From NCBI GenBank assembly GCA_965202585.1, contig OZ241832.1, positions 45,384,001 to 45,448,000 on the forward strand: a DNA stretch of 64,000 nucleotides, given 5' to 3'. The stretch is from Thalia democratica. Lineage: Eukaryota. The position numbers and the translations under genes are program-made. Of the stretch, positions 41,201-50,235 are shown piece after piece (positions within the stretch are counted from its first letter, which is position 1; every line of letters begins with the position of its first letter). The notes beneath the pieces are model-generated. The model ran no database searches, was not told where the DNA came from, and worked only from the letters and a program-made list of their open reading frames with translations.

Positions 41201-44200
41201 AAAATATAAATGGAAGCAGAAAGAATATTTCTGAAATAACAGTTTGTGAAGTAATTATTAAAAATTCAAGCCAATTAAACTAATTTTTTGAAGCATTACA
41301 ATAGAAAAGCATTTCATTCAGATAAGTATCACTTAAAAGAGTCATCAATCGGTACATAGTATCCAGTCACCACATTATTATCTAGACAAAAGACAAACTT
41401 TTAAGTATATGCCACAAAATAAAATAATTTCACAAATTTTTCATCTACTTTTCCCTTTTAAAGTTCTGAGACATCGTTTAAAACCTTCCGCACAAAATAC
41501 ATAAAAGAAATTAGCGTTACTGTTACAAAAAAAATTATAAGCAACAAAAAAGATAAAGGTGGTCTTTTTGTATAATTATTTTTTCGTCTTTATAACGAAG
41601 TAAGCGAAAAACAGCACATTATTCTTCCGAATTAGATTGCATTCGAGTGATCTATTCAATCAAATAATTGTCAAGAGATTTTATTATTTTTTGCTATCCA
41701 AATCTCCGTTTTCCAAAAGATCATGAGAGTATTTTATAACAGTTTCTTTAACTTTTTATGGGTTTTCCAGTGGTCGTATAAGTTTTCTGTTTCTGGCTGA
41801 TGGTATGAACGTTGTTTTTTCACATTTACACATATATATAACTAGCGAAACCCATTTTATCAGTAATAAATCATCTACATCTTGTTTTATAAATAATAAA
41901 AATCACTCATTTATTATTGATTTATTTGATAAAATTAGTTGATCATTATAGTAGTTCGATATCGTGCACTAGCTTCATATTAGTTTTTGGATGTCGGTAA
42001 ATTTATATAAGTAAAAATACTTTAAAGTAATCAAACTTTCTTTATCAATTAAAAATATAATTATTTTGTGTCACTTTGCTATTTTGGTCACGAAGCTCTA
42101 CGTAGCTAAAGTAGGTCATACTCAATTTTTTATTGAAACTGAGTAAGTACTTATCTTTATGAATGTTGTTTTTCAATTAACTGTTTTCTTAGAATCTCGT
42201 ATTAATAAAAACTTTAACTTATATTCTAAACATTATAAGACTGTTTAGAAGAAATTATAGTGAAAATTTTCTCAAAAAAAAAAGGTTTTTTATTAGTTAA
42301 TCAGTTTATTTTTAATAATAGACTGCATTTTTAATTGTTATTAGTTTATTAAAAAAAAATATTAGTACTAATTTATTGTTTTACGTAATTATAATTTAAA
42401 AAAACTTTGTGCTTTCCAAGTTAACATGATTCAATAAGTTGTCAATTTAAACTTAAGTTGTTAATTATAATCACATCGTGTTTTATAAACATGCTTACCA
42501 AAAAAATCTCCTTAAATATAAAAACTAAAGTATGTATACTCCTAAAACATGTAATGGTAAATAAAGTTTAAAAAAAAAGTTTTCATTTCGAGAAAAATAT
42601 ATGTACATATAAATAAAACATTATTAAAAACTGACGCTTAATATATTTAATTAATAATATCGTTTTACGAAGTTTTCATGAAGAAATATCGTTAGCTTTA
42701 TTTTAATTAAATACTTAGTCAAATAGTCTTTATATTTAAACTAACTTATTTCAAGAATATAAACAATATTTTCGATCTAGATATGTTAGTGTAGTAGTTA
42801 AAGTAATCACAATATTTTACTTATAATGTATGCTAAAACTTAAATGCTGCGAAATTGTTTTTACAGATTCTCAATGGATTTTAAATTCTTATACAGGTTC
42901 ATAAATCAATACTTTATTACAGGTAAACGGGGCCAAGTGTTCTTGTTTAAAGTTTTCGACTAAAAACCATTTGGTTGCTGTTGGTTTAAGTGACGGATTT
43001 TTGCAGATTTATGATATGAACAAGGTTTTTTGAATTCTTTATTAAGCTTTTGTTTGTAGTAATTTTATTATTAAGAATTAAAACCTTTGAATTTTGCGAA
43101 TAAACTATAACTACTTATAGTTATGTATTTCTGAAATGTTAGCGAAATAATATAAACCCTTACAAAAAATGTATTTATATACTAGTAAATGGGATTAAGT
43201 AAAATAAATGACCCCGGGGTCATTATTTTTACTTAATCAAAATTTTTCTGGTGTCATATTTATTACTTGTTCAAACTTTTAGGGTCATTATTTTTACTTG
43301 ATTCATTTATTTTTTGTTTATTTGTAAACTTACTGTTACCCCTTACCCTTAGTCGGTAACTTTTTCCTTTTTGGTACTTTGTTATTATTGTTTATATATT
43401 TAACTTTATTATTATATACTTTTAAATATCACTGTTACCCCAAACCTTACCATTGATCTGTGTTTTTTTATCGTTTAATATTTTTTTTTGGTTTTTTTGA
43501 AGTTTATTATTTTTTTCTTTTATTATTATTTTTTTTCTTTTTATCTAACTTTTACTTTAACTGTTACCCCTAACCTTTACACTTAATCGGTATTTTTTTA
43601 ATATTTTTAATTTTTTTTTACTCTTGTGCAAAATTGTCACTAGTGCAAAACTGACCAAAATTAAAATGTTTCACAGCATAAGAAAGTCCAGGCTTCTGCT
43701 CTGCAGACTTTCGCCGATATTTTTGTTGATTTATATAGTGTTACATCTTTATACTTTTTACTATAAGAAAACTTTTTAATTAAAATTTTTGTACATGACA
43801 AATAAAAAAAATATTACAGCTAAAAAAATTGAAAAAGTTTAAAGTTCACGAAACTTCTGTAACATGTGTCGAGTTCGCTACGTCAGATCAGATCATTTGT
43901 TGTGATGAAAAAGGATCCGTTGCATTTGTTGATGTCAGCACAAACATTATACATCAATTTGACAGCGAACATAGAACTAAAATCAACAATATACAAGTAT
44001 CACCACATAAAGTCAGTTTTAAAAAAGTTAATTTTATATTAAAGATGCTTAAGATTAGTTGTAGTGAATTGAAATCAATACGTTACATAAAGTTTACTTT
44101 GTTCTTCAGTAAAATTATTTCTAAAAGTTATTATTTTTATTTTGGTAGACATATTTATTCATTATATAAATGTAGTGTAGTCAAAATTATTTTATATCTA

Positions 44201-47200
44201 ACTTTTTTACCAAAAGTATTATTCTTTTTTATTTATATTTTTTGGATTTTGATCATACATGATAATAAGAAAGTAGTATTTTTATTAGTTTTATAAAAAA
44301 CAAAGATAAAATAACATAACTTTTAATTTAAATATATTATTGTCTTTAAAGTATTTAACTACACGTATTACTATTACGTAAGTTACTAAAAATATATAAC
44401 ACAATGCATTTCATTTTATTTTCTTTAAATTTATTTAAGTACTTTCAAGTAGGACTCGTCAGAAATTTTTTCCTACTGGATTGGAATGAATACAAATTGA
44501 AATGAAATTAAACTGCAGTTTAAAGTTTTAAGATATAAAATGACGTAATACTCAAATGTTAAAAATTAAATAAGTGCTAATGCTAAACAAATTTGGTATA
44601 CTAATAAAACTCGGTAGAATTAAAACTATCTAAATAAAGAAGCGATAAAAATTTTAAATTAAAACTCTGCTTAAAAATAAAGTTTAACAAGAAACTAATT
44701 ACTTTAAAATTACTAATATAAGGATTTAAAAAGTCTAGTTTGGTAAACGAACTTTTTCTGCTTACATAAACTGGGCCTTAAAGATTGAATACATAAGGCT
44801 TCCAGAATATGCAATTGAAAAGAGTTCTCTGCTCTCACTAAGACTGAAAAATGGCCCTTTTTATAATTTTTAACACGCTCAGGATTGTCCAACAAATGTT
44901 GCCCAATCGCCGAGAAGTATTTTTTAGTTGGTTTCTCAGAACGGCCATCAAACCACTTTTTCAAGACTTTCGGAACATGTTGATCGATTCTTACATGAAA
45001 CTTTTGAGATGTTTTTCCCACGTAGTCACTACCACAGTGACAACTAAATTTATAGATGATGTTACTTTTTTCATGGGTGGGAGAAACATCTTTGTAAATT
45101 CCATTTAGAGGTCGATCAGTATACAAAACTGTTCTTAAATGAACAGAGCTGAAAACTTGGCTTATTTTCTCTGAAATTTTCTTAGAAAACCTCTCAGAAA
45201 TATTTCCAAGGTAAGGAAGTTTTAAGTATACTGGACACTTCTGAGGGCCAATCATTTTTAAAGCTGTTGAACTTCTAGCTCTTGTTATAACTTTCGAAAC
45301 TAAGTTACCTGGATAACCAAGCGAAAGGAAAGTGTTTTGAAGTGTTTTCAACTCGCCTTCAAGAAAGCAAGGAGAACAAAGTCTGGTGAAACGCTTCACC
45401 ATACCCGTTAAAACTCCTAACTTCTGTTTGACTGGACCAAAAGATGCCCACGGAACAAATAATGCTTCTAAATTTAATTTACGATGAATTTTAGTTAAAA
45501 GTTCCCCCTCAGCTGATCGTTGGACACAAACATCTAAAAAGTTTAACGAATTGTTGTGTTCTTCTTCTTTTGTAAAACTAAGATTTTTGTGAAGATTATT
45601 AAGATCATTAAGAAAATTGGAGCTCTCTTGTCTATTTTCAAACATAACAAAAGTGTCATCTACGAATCAAAGATACATGAGAGGACTTTTACAGTTCAAA
45701 ATTAACTTACTTTCTAGGTAACCAACAAAAATATTAGCCAAGTTTTCAATACCAAAAAGAAACATAAGTCGTGAGGTAGTCTTTAGTAATTTTGAATATT
45801 TGTCAGCACAGTTAAACCATCATAAGCCTGTAAGTACTGAAGCTCATAACAGTTTAGATGCCAAACTTTGTGATTTTGCACATAGTTATAGTGGTACACA
45901 AATTGATTTAGGTGATTTCAGAATGATTAAGAATTGCATAAAAGAGCTTAAACAACTTAAAAATGACAAAAACATTATTATCACAAAACCGGGTAAAGGT
46001 TCTGGTGTTGTAATTTTGAATTCTTCTGATTATGTTAGTAAAATAGAAAATATATTAAACGATTGCACTAAATTCAAACATATAGGTTCTGTGAACTCTT
46101 TTGATTTCATAGCACGCATTGAACTTTCTTATCAAAGGAAAATGTTAGGTTGGTACAAAAATAATTCATTAGTAAAATTACGTATAATTCAATCAGACCG
46201 GTAGGCTCACAACGTCCGAAAGTGTATGGTCTTCCTAAAGTTCATAAAAATGATTGCCCTTTAAGGCCAATTTTATCAATGATAGGTTCGCCACAAAATG
46301 ATTTGGCAAAATTCTTAGTAAAAACACTTGCACCAGTTTTACACAAATTTTCAAATTACTCTCTTAAAGATTCTTTCCAATTTATAGAAAAAATTAGTCT
46401 AATTCCTCGTTCCAAAGTCAAAAGTAGCTATATGATTTCATATGATATCAAAAGCTTGTTCACTAGTATTCCAGTAGTGGAGGTTATTGAAATTTGCTTA
46501 AAGGTATTGTATCATTCCGATTTAAAACACCCTCAGATGCCGGAATTTGTGTGCAAAGAAATGTTACACATGGCTGTGTTAGGTGTTGAGTTTAGTTTTG
46601 AAGGTAAAATGTATAAACAAATAGATGGGGTTGCAATGGGTTCACCTTTAGGTCCTATCTTGGCTAATATTTTTGTTGGTTACCTAGAAAGTAAGTTAAT
46701 TTTGAACTGTAAAAGTCCTCTCATGTATCTTCGATTCGTAGATGACACTTTTGTTATGTTTGAAAATAGACAAGAGAGCTCCAATTTTCTTAATGATCTT
46801 AATAATCTTCACAAAAATCTTAGTTTTACAAAAGAAGAAGAACACAACAATTCGTTAAACTTTTTAGATGTTTGTGTCCAACGATCAGCTGAGGGGGAAC
46901 TTTTAACTAAAATTCATCGTAAATTAAATTTAGAAGCATTATTTGTTCCGTGGGCATCTTTAGGTCCAGTCAAACAGAAGTTAGGAGTTTTATCGGGTAT
47001 GGTGAAGCGTTTCACCAGACTTTGTTCTCCTTGCTTTCTTGAAGGCGAGTTGAAAACACTTCAAAACACTTTCCTTTCGCTTGGTTATCCATGTAACTTA
47101 GTTTCGAAAGTTATAACAAGAGCTAGAAGTTCAACAGCTTTAAAAATGATTGGCCCTCAGAAGTGTCCAGTATACTTAAAACTTCCTTACCTTGGAAATA

Positions 47201-50200
47201 TTTCTGAGAGGTTTTCTAAGAAAATTTCAGAGAAAATAAGCCAAGTTTTCAGCTCTGTTCATTTAAGAACAGTTTTGTATACTGATCGACCTCTAAATGG
47301 AATTTACAAAGATGTTTCTCCCACCCATGAAAAAAGTAACATCATCTATAAATTTAGTTGCCACTGTGGTAGTGACTACGTGGGAAAAACATCTCAAAAG
47401 TTTCATGTAAGAATCGATCAACATGTTCCGAAAGTCTTGAAAAAGTGGTTTGATGGCCGTTCTGAGAAACCAACTAAAAAATACTTCTCGGCGATTGGGC
47501 AACATTTGTTGGACAATCCTGAGCGTGTTAAAAATTATAAAAAGGGCCATTTTTCAGTCTTAGTGAGAGCAGAGAACTCTTTTCAATTGCATATTCTGGA
47601 AGCCTTATGTATTCAATCTTTAAGGCCCAGTTTATGTAAGCAGAAAAAGTTCGTTTACCAAACTAGACTTTTTAAATCCTTATATTAGTAATTTTAAAGT
47701 AATTAGTTTCTTGTTAAACTTTATTTTTAAGCAGAGTTTTAATTTAAAATTTTTATCGCTTCTTTATTTAGATAGTTTTAATTCTACCGAGTTTTATTAG
47801 TATACCAAATTTGTTTAGCATTAGCACTTATTTAATTTTTAACATTTGATTATTCCGTCATTTTATATCTTAAAACTTTAAACTGCAGTTTAACTTTATT
47901 CCAATTTTAATTTTTCATTCCAATCCAGTAGGAAACAATTTCTGACGAGTCCTACTTGAAAGTACTTAAATACATTTAAAGAAAATAAAATGAAATGCAT
48001 TGTGTTATATATTTTTAGTAAGTTATGCACCGGAAAAAAGCTATTACGTAAGTAAAATAGTAAAATTATTTTTGTAGTTTGAGCTATTATGATTTATCTA
48101 TTTCCATGATTTATTTTTTCAACTTTTACCATCATAACTTTTTTATTTTAATCATAATTGTGTTTTCATTCCAATCCAGTAGGAAACAATTTCTATTTTT
48201 TCAACTTTTACCATCATAATTTTTTTATTTTAATCATAATTGTGTTTTCATTCCAATCCAGTAGGAAACAATTTCTGACGAGTCCTACTTGAAAGTACTT
48301 AAATAAATTTAAAGAACATAAAATGAAATGCATTGTGTTATATATTTTTAGTAAGTTATGCACCGGAAAAAAGCTATTACGTAAGTAAAATAGTAAAATT
48401 ATTTTAAAAACTTTGTTTTAATTTAAGTTTATAGACCATTGTGTATTGTGTATTCAATGTTACACGTTTCAAACAGTACATACAAAAATATCAAAGTAAG
48501 ATGGCGAATACAATCGACGGTAACAATTTGTGCTTGTTTGCGGCAAATAATAGAAGAGTAAGTGTGTGGTCTTGTGATTGGTCGAATCATCTTTTCCCGC
48601 TAGTTGATTGGCTCACTTTTCCTGCGCATAAACATACTGTTCATGGCAAAATGCACAAAAAACGAAAAAAAGTAAAATATTGAGTAGAGTATTATTTTCA
48701 TCTTTTGTTGTTAGTTTATGTTACAGTATATAGTTGTATTACAGAGTCTTTAGGGTGCACGACAATTCAAATTCCAATATTTTAAGTTTTGAGTTTGTAG
48801 TTTGAGCTATTATGATTTATCTATTTCCATGATTTATTTTTTCAACTTTTACCATCATAACTTTTTTATTAGATTATCATATAAATTTTTAACATTTTTA
48901 TTTCAGTTAGTTTTCTAAAGTACGGCCCTTAAATTATTTTTTATAAGAATCTGAATTGTCATTTGAACAACTATTTTATCTTAAGTGAAAATATTTTAGG
49001 AACTAGTTTTTTGATTTTAAATTATCTAAGAATATTTTTTAATTTGAATTCGTAAAATTCTTAGTGTTGAATTCAACTTGTAATTAAAATTTTGTAATAT
49101 CAAATTAATTCATAATTATTATATTATAATTAAAGGTTTTTATTTATTTTTTAAATACGTTTTATCAAATTAAAGTTTTTTTCAAATCAATTATACAATG
49201 CTAAATGCCATAATGTTGTTAATTGCTTTTTTAAGTACAAGTATGTAAAAATTTTTCAATTGTGTAAATCTTAATTTCTACTTTTCTTAACTTTAAAGAA
49301 TCAGCATTATTTGGAAAATCCACCAAGTTTATGTTTTTTCCATCCCACCGATTCAGACTTGTTAGTTTATACGGGATACGGACTCGACAAATCTGTTCAA
49401 CAATACAGCTTATCAAAAAAACAAGTATGTTTTTTTAACACCGTAATAAAACTGTTTTAGTATTAATATTGTATATAAAAAAATATGAACTTAGTTTTAA
49501 CTCTATTTTAATAATGCTGCATGTTAATTTTACCTAATTAGTTTTGCTCTGAACAAAAATTTGCACTCAACTTTAAATTAAATTTCTTAGTTTATTGACT
49601 GTATTAATCAGAATAATTAATTGTTAGGGGTGTAAATGTAATTTTATAAAATAGTTGTTTAAGTAATAAAAAACAAGAAAGTTTAGTAATAAAAGTTAAA
49701 GTGATAAATTCATGGATTAAGAAAAGATCAAGATAAGTGTAAAAAATTTAAAATTTAACGGCCGACATGTTACTGATTCGCTTCTAAAACCCCTGTTCTT
49801 TAACACAAACAGTTTTGTGTTTTTTAAATAGTAAGCAGTATACGTTTACAAACACACTTCTGCTAATATTTTCTGTGTTTTTTCTGCTAAACCCATCACG
49901 TTTTTGAGTTAAGTTTTGTATATTTACTTTGCTCGAATACTCTCTTTTTAGATTAAAATTTGTTGTATTAACTTTAGATTGTAAAGAAAACTTCAATATC
50001 ACGCTGGCCATCTTGTATGAGGCTGCTAGACGAAGTGAACATCGCCGTAGTGGGAACTAACTCCAGGCTCGTTCAGCTTTTAGATCTTAAGCACGCTACA
50101 TTTCAAGATTATTTGCTTCATTCATCATCCGTTCAGCATTTGTGTGTTTACAAAAACAAGCTTGTTTCAACCTCTAAATTTGGAAGTATTTATGTGTGGG

Positions 50201-50235
50201 AACTAACGCTAAATGATAACGCTTTAAGTAGTTGA
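5357..50235 (+). CDS. WDR90: WD repeat-containing protein 90 (centriolar POC16 orthologue), complete spliced gene, 36 coding exons, ~2055 aa
   Basis: Manual exon assembly, all phases compatible, total 6168 nt: 5357-5387, 5858-5986, 8623-8714, 8995-9142, 9573-9696, 9874-10060, 10895-11068, 13750-13904, 14895-15022, 15087-15207, 15571-15725, 16175-16352, 20443-20542, 20751-20928, 21467-21604, 21738-21887, 22018-22117, 22248-22410, 23792-23948, 24104-24356, 24783-25038, 27340-27514, 29632-30517, 30754-30925, 31782-31921, 31993-32113, 33074-33172, 37487-37607, 38208-38434, 40076-40201, 40812-40922, 42923-43024, 43820-44011, 48477-48671, 49299-49424, 49978-50235. The translation is collinear with WDR90 as I recall it: WQHPFVNIFKQY, GSIPAANYIQLPK..LGLTGRY, RISFSNIYKEFRSTSTWLKFP, YNGNSRGNILWNADEG, RRVSVWSCDWSNHLFPLVDWLTFP, ending IYVWELTL..stop. 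The exon 10/11 boundary could alternatively be 15194/15573, and exon 34 could start at 48435. Confidence 0.93.
6767..8066. mobile_element. Non-autonomous DNA transposon, CAGGGTTGC TIRs, 6-bp TSD
   Basis: CAGGGTTGC..GCAACCCTG flanked by AGTTTA on both sides. Confidence 0.75.
8477..8561. mobile_element. Short palindrome made of two decayed hammerhead cores (family D)
   Basis: Plus: AGTA-CTAAGGA-GGTC-TTT-GACC-GAAAC..GTT-TACT. Minus: AGTG-CTGACGA-GGTC-TTA-GACC-AAAAC. Perfect central palindrome GTACTTATAAGTAC at 8514-8527. Confidence 0.62.
10327..10636 (-). mobile_element. Non-coding PLE-tail fold-back element (family A) in WDR90 intron 6
   Basis: Contains the HHR. Outer inverted repeat 10396-10420 / 10611-10636; inner ~34-bp hairpin 10530-10610. 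Homologous to 32358-32834, 59418-59600 and 43682-43724. Confidence 0.75.
10441..10499 (-). ncRNA. Type I hammerhead ribozyme, intact
   Basis: Minus strand: TTCGGT-TGT-GACTGA-CTGATGA-GTCC-TAATAC-GGAC-GAA-ACCGGT-C-TCAGTC-T-ACCGAA. Core, stem II and bipartite stem I are perfect; stem III is palindromic; predicted GUC cleavage between 10454 and 10453. Confidence 0.9.
12345..12625 (+). pseudogene. Decayed PLE fragment (linker plus GIY-YIG start)
   Basis: Translates, with stops and a frameshift, as FVEKKIKQIIEDSYFSAKPRVIFTSRPLL*PYS*DPICEHEKCMMIY*FK..IGTTRN..LLKRVKYI; collinear with the KISEKISQVF..LRTVL..HEKSNIIYKF..YVGKT..RIDQHVPK of the large element. Confidence 0.72.
15087..27514 (+). CDS. WDR90: WDR90 exons 10-22: first WD40 repeat region
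   Basis: Repeated GH..WD/WN motifs, e.g. FVGHTSPVTSLAFN, GLVKIWNY, TGSEDGILRMWP, CSDDNSIQVWQ, FYGHSSTIHHVQFS..VIVWDF. Confidence 0.9.
17022..17080 (-). ncRNA. Type I hammerhead ribozyme, antisense partner with stem I mismatches
   Basis: Minus strand AGCCAGC-CTGATGA-GCCC-TAAAAA-GGAC-GAAACCGGTC-GTATGTT. Confidence 0.72.
17144..17202 (+). ncRNA. Type I hammerhead ribozyme, one stem II mismatch
   Basis: AGCCTGC-CTGATGA-GACC-TAAAAA-GGAC-GAA-ACCGGT-C-GTAGGTT; stem I pairs with two G-U wobbles and extends (CGCGAC/GTCTCG). Confidence 0.82.
23229..23272. repeat. (TA)n microsatellite
   Basis: About 18 TA units seen directly. Confidence 0.95.
25591..26781. mobile_element. TIR element (Tc1/mariner-like start, TA|CAGT) with a nested MULE-type MITE
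   Basis: CAGTTACCTCTCTTGAATATACGCAC versus GTGCGTAGATTCGCAAGAGGTGACTG; related fragment at ~6390-6490. Confidence 0.55.
26164..26627. mobile_element. MULE-type MITE with AAAATTGCACGA subterminal repeats and 9-bp TSD
   Basis: About 8 direct units at left, inverted units at right; flanks TTTAAAACA / ATTAAAACA. Confidence 0.75.
27797..28233. mobile_element. Tc1/mariner (pogo/Tigger-like) MITE
   Basis: TA|CGGTGCATCCTCGTTTGTCCG .. CCGGATAAGTGAGGAAGCACTG|TA. Confidence 0.7.
29344..29378 (+). ncRNA. Possible minimal hammerhead motif
   Basis: TATT-CTGATGA-CGCGCTAAAT-GAA-ATTAAT-T-AATA; same architecture as 47938-47971, but the AT-rich stems could be chance. Confidence 0.38.
29632..30517 (+). CDS. 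WDR90: WDR90 exon 23: long low-complexity linker exon ending at the start of the second WD40 region
   Basis: Matches ORF 29646-30572; ends KTFVAPIGQQGLSLSNVVS, which splices in phase to YNGNSRGNILW; donor AG|GTATTT at 30518. Confidence 0.88.
30754..50235 (+). CDS. WDR90: WDR90 exons 24-36: C-terminal WD40 repeat region
   Basis: GHTEEISCI, GSVDGRVSMWET, YLATCCDAGLICIWS, VAVGLSDGFLQIYD, VGTNSRLVQLLD; stop TGA ends at 50235. Confidence 0.9.
32358..32834. mobile_element. Fold-back double-hammerhead element (family A), degenerate
   Basis: Arms 32358-32497 and 32643-32794. Minus HHR 32402-32460 has GGAA for GGAC. In the plus HHR (~32679-32750) GAAACCGGTC is replaced by a duplicated CTGATGAGTCTAACCA. 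Family 3' tail ..CACGGC GACTTTCGCC present. Confidence 0.82.
33453..35020 (-). mobile_element. hAT transposon deletion derivative with transposase C-terminal remnant
   Basis: TIRs TAGTAATCTACCGGATCC / GGATCCGGTATATCACTA; 8-bp flanks match at 6 of 8; minus-strand LSVPLSSVYSERLFSEAGNLYEQKRNRLLP..KLLFLHHN is the hAT dimerisation domain. Confidence 0.88.
39370..39679. mobile_element. hAT-type MITE
   Basis: CAGGGGTCGGC..GCCTACCCCTG, GCGGCCC subterminal motifs, flanks AATTAGAC / ATTTAGAC. Confidence 0.75.
43190..43660. mobile_element. Composite MITE: 44-bp palindrome plus TTGCAC-family right end
   Basis: ATTAAGTAAAATAAATGACCCCGGGGTCATTATTTTTACTTAAT at ~43194-43238; three CTGTTACCCC motifs; GTGCAAAATT units near 43626-43650. 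Confidence 0.5.
43682..43724 (+). mobile_element. Solo 3'-terminal hairpin of family A
   Basis: GAAAGTCCAGGCTTCTGCTCTGCAGACTTTCGCCGATATTTTT matches the reverse complement of 10328-10370. Confidence 0.75.
44433..44477 (-). ncRNA. Minimal hammerhead motif in the inverted PLE tail
   Basis: Reverse complement of the 47927-47971 motif. Confidence 0.6.
44713..45742 (-). pseudogene. Inverted partial copy of the PLE ORF (RT thumb plus GIY-YIG)
   Basis: ORF 44713-45645 is nearly identical to the C-terminal 310 aa of 46222-47688; CGA->TGA near 45668. Confidence 0.92.
45743..47688 (+). pseudogene. PLE polyprotein: reverse transcriptase plus C-terminal GIY-YIG endonuclease; N-terminally truncated, one frameshift near 46165
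   Basis: RT motifs KPGKGSGVVI, YGLPKVHK..PLRPI, YDIKSLFTSIP, DGVAMGSPLGP, YLRFVDDTF; endonuclease IYKFSCHCGSDYVGKT..RIDQH..SAIGQHL. ORFs 45800-46204 and 46222-47688 join through a 1-nt frameshift. Confidence 0.93.
47927..47971 (+). ncRNA. Minimal type I hammerhead ribozyme motif in the PLE 3' tail
   Basis: ATTT-CTGACGA-GTCCTACTT-GAA-AGTACT-T-AAAT: core, palindromic stem III and 4-bp stem I. Upstream AGTAGGA is complementary to loop-II TCCTACT. Confidence 0.62.
48260..48304 (+). ncRNA. Second tandem copy of the minimal hammerhead motif
   Basis: Identical motif 333 nt downstream of the first, inside a duplicated tail. Confidence 0.62.

Larger units (their letters stand above)
44384..48040 (+). 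mobile_element. Penelope-like retroelement (PLE), 5'-truncated with an inverted 3' copy (tail-out arrangement), in WDR90 intron 33
   Basis: 44384-45742 is the reverse complement of 46659-48020 with only scattered substitutions. The forward body starts at ~45743. Direct repeat CTATTACGTAAGT at 44371-44383 and 48041-48053 (again at 48374-48386) is a candidate 13-bp TSD. Confidence 0.93.

Noticed and set aside
41300-41880. Slightly coding-like minus-strand stretch
   Set aside because: Multiple stops and no recognisable motif.
44851-47550. ORFs 44851-45108 (+) and 47293-47550 (-), plus 57419-57721 (-)
   Set aside because: Antisense shadows of the PLE and MULE coding sequences.
8867-49416. Minus-strand ORFs 8867-9073, 14890-15168, 30047-30430, 40077-40307 and 49231-49416
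   Set aside because: Antisense shadows of WDR90 exons.
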